Source: Thermoflexus hugenholtzii JAD2
Lineage (GTDB): Bacteria; Chloroflexota; UBA11872; UBA12225
NCBI GenBank assembly: GCA_945865725.1
Contig: CAMBEO010000005.1
Span: forward strand, 1 to 63,146
Length of the DNA stretch: 63,146 bases
Direction: 5' to 3'
Position 1 is the stretch's first letter. Each line of letters opens with the position of its first letter. The notes below the pieces were generated by a model. That model did not search any database. It was not told where the DNA came from and saw only the letters and a list, made by a program, of their open reading frames with translations. Of this stretch, positions 62,302-63,146 are shown piece after piece. The position numbers were made by a program, and so were the translations under genes.

Positions 62302-63146
62302 TTGGCCGACGCTGGGTCGTGGACCATCGCACTCCTCGCGATCTTGCTGGCCGCGCCCGTGACGGCGGCGGTGGCCGTCCTCGTGGCGATGGTCGCGCAG
62401 GGGGCGAGCGGGGCGATCCTTGCCCCCGATGGCCCCGGGAACCGGCCGCCGCCAGCCGGAGGGGCGCCGATCCCGGGACCCCGCGGAGGCCGGCGACCCT
62501 GGCCAGCGACCGGCGGTCGGCGTATTACGACCCTTACGGTCTTCCCTTCCCAGGGCGAGTTCCACGACCGGATCACCAGCATCTCGTCGCCCCGTGGTGC
62601 CCGCGGTCGCCCTGACGCGGGGGTGCCCGACGACGTGCCGTACCCGTCACCGACGTGGCAAGCGACCCGGCCCCTGACGGATGGGCCAGTCTCGACGACG
62701 CCCCGGGCGCGTCGGCGCGCCCCCGTTCCGGCCGGGACGGCTCAGCCCCCTGGTCCGGCACCGGTCCGTGCAACGGCGCCCGTTGACGCCGTCGAGTGGG
62801 TGGCGCCGACCGTGGTCCTCCCACCGATCGTGATCCCTGCCGGCCCGACGCCGGAGGAACGGGTCCGCCATGCGGAGGAGGCCCGCGTCGCCGACGAGGC
62901 CCGTCTCGCGGAAGAGACCCGTCTCGCCGACGAGGCCCGTCTCGCGGAGGAGGCCCGTCTCGCGGAGGAGGCCCGTCTCGCGGAGGAGGCCCGCCTTGCG
63001 GAGGAGGCCCGTCTCGCGGAGGAGGCCCGTCTCGCGGAGGTCGCGCGGCTTGCGGAGGAGGCCCGTCTCGCGGAGGAGGCCCGTCTCGCGGAGGAGGCCC
63101 GTCTCGCGGAGGAGGCCCGTCTCGCGGAGGAGGCCCGTCTCGCGGA
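62302..63146 (+). CDS. membrane-anchored Pro-rich protein with (EEARLA)n hexapeptide repeat (3' end beyond the window)
   Basis: I translated this frame by hand; it is open to the window edge, so it is absent from the ORF track. The TTG at 62302 follows GAGAGGAA. TM helix WTIALLAILLAAPVTAAVAVLVAMV, then a Pro/Arg-rich linker, then 15 copies of an 18-nt repeat. Confidence 0.6.
   Translation, partial: MADAGSWTIALLAILLAAPVTAAVAVLVAMVAQGASGAILAPDGPGNRPPPAGGAPIPGPRGGRRPWPATGGRRITTLTVFPSQGEFHDRITSISSPRGARGRPDAGVPDDVPYPSPTWQATRPLTDGPVSTTPRARRRAPVPAGTAQPPGPAPVRATAPVDAVEWVAPTVVLPPIVIPAGPTPEERVRHAEEARVADEARLAEETRLADEARLAEEARLAEEARLAEEARLAEEARLAEEARLAEVARLAEEARLAEEARLAEEARLAEEARLAEEARLA
62875..63146 (+). 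repeat. coding tandem repeat, 18 bp x 15+ (EEARLA)n, runs off the window
   Basis: 9 of the 15 complete units are the identical 18-mer GAGGAGGCCCGTCTCGCG. Variant units encode EEARVA, DEARLA, EETRLA and EVARLA. Confidence 0.95.

Noticed and set aside
1-63146. Mobile genetic element, prophage, genomic island or known defence system. Candidates considered: Fic, HNH, Ski2-like helicase, macro domain, P-loop kinase.
   Set aside because: There are no integrase, transposase or phage structural genes, no tRNA attachment site and no marked compositional break. Each candidate gene is a singleton in a housekeeping context without the partner genes of known systems; for example, no DUF1837 gene sits next to the helicase, as a Hachiman system would require.

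Overview
This is a 63.1-kb bacterial chromosomal window of roughly 70% GC. Gene content and synteny look like a high-GC Chloroflexota- or Actinomycetota-like organism, but I cannot fix the taxon from here. All calls were made by eye from the sequence and the ORF track. I call 50 protein-coding genes. I see no rRNA, tRNA, transposase, integrase or cas genes.

Genes from left to right:
- Propionyl-CoA carboxylase (5' end of the biotin carboxylase gene, then pccB), a secreted HtrA-like protease and a cyclophilin lipoprotein.
- Methylmalonyl-CoA mutase large subunit, then a single-ORF methylmalonyl-CoA epimerase::MeaB fusion.
- The glycine cleavage operon gcvT-gcvH-gcvPA-gcvPB and a HAD phosphatase.
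- An MMPL transporter with an AttH/CrtC-like lipoprotein.
- A macro-domain protein, a DUF2961/GH172 protein and an ABC-2 exporter (two permeases plus ATPase).
- An enolase-superfamily dehydratase, an FMN reductase, 6-phosphofructokinase and an atypical ROK protein.
- A multi-GAF histidine kinase, a secreted GH3 enzyme and an MA-clan metalloprotease.
- DUF2851, a DapA-family lyase with a UPF0210 protein, a class II Fic protein and a Ski2/HelY-like helicase.
- An FGGY kinase, an FAD oxidoreductase, a P-loop kinase coupled to pyrF, DUF951 and an HNH endonuclease.
- An IscA-like protein, an orphan ABC ATPase, a Zn peptidase and rlmN-rpe.
- rpmB divergent from yloV(DAK2)-recG-rsmD, then a truncated membrane-anchored (EEARLA)n repeat protein.

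The stand-out signal is not a gene cluster. It is a modular family of GC-rich hairpin/palindrome repeats, a REP/BIME-like mosaic with five or more recurring modules. By my tally it fills about 17 spacers, makes arrays up to about 460 bp, and covers about 4% of the window.

Copies of this family also lie inside reading frames:
- One forms the linker of the epimerase::MeaB fusion.
- One sits inside recG.
- One supplies the C-terminus and stop codon of the helicase.
- One may supply the N-terminus of DUF2851.

Other points worth a second look:
- A perfect 37-bp direct repeat around a 38-bp spacer in the mutase operon.
- Three 16-bp dyads at exact 31-bp spacing upstream of fic.
- A 41-bp perfect direct repeat flanking a 3 x 66-bp array.
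- Several coding and non-coding tandem repeats.

I found no convincing complete defence or other novel multi-gene system.
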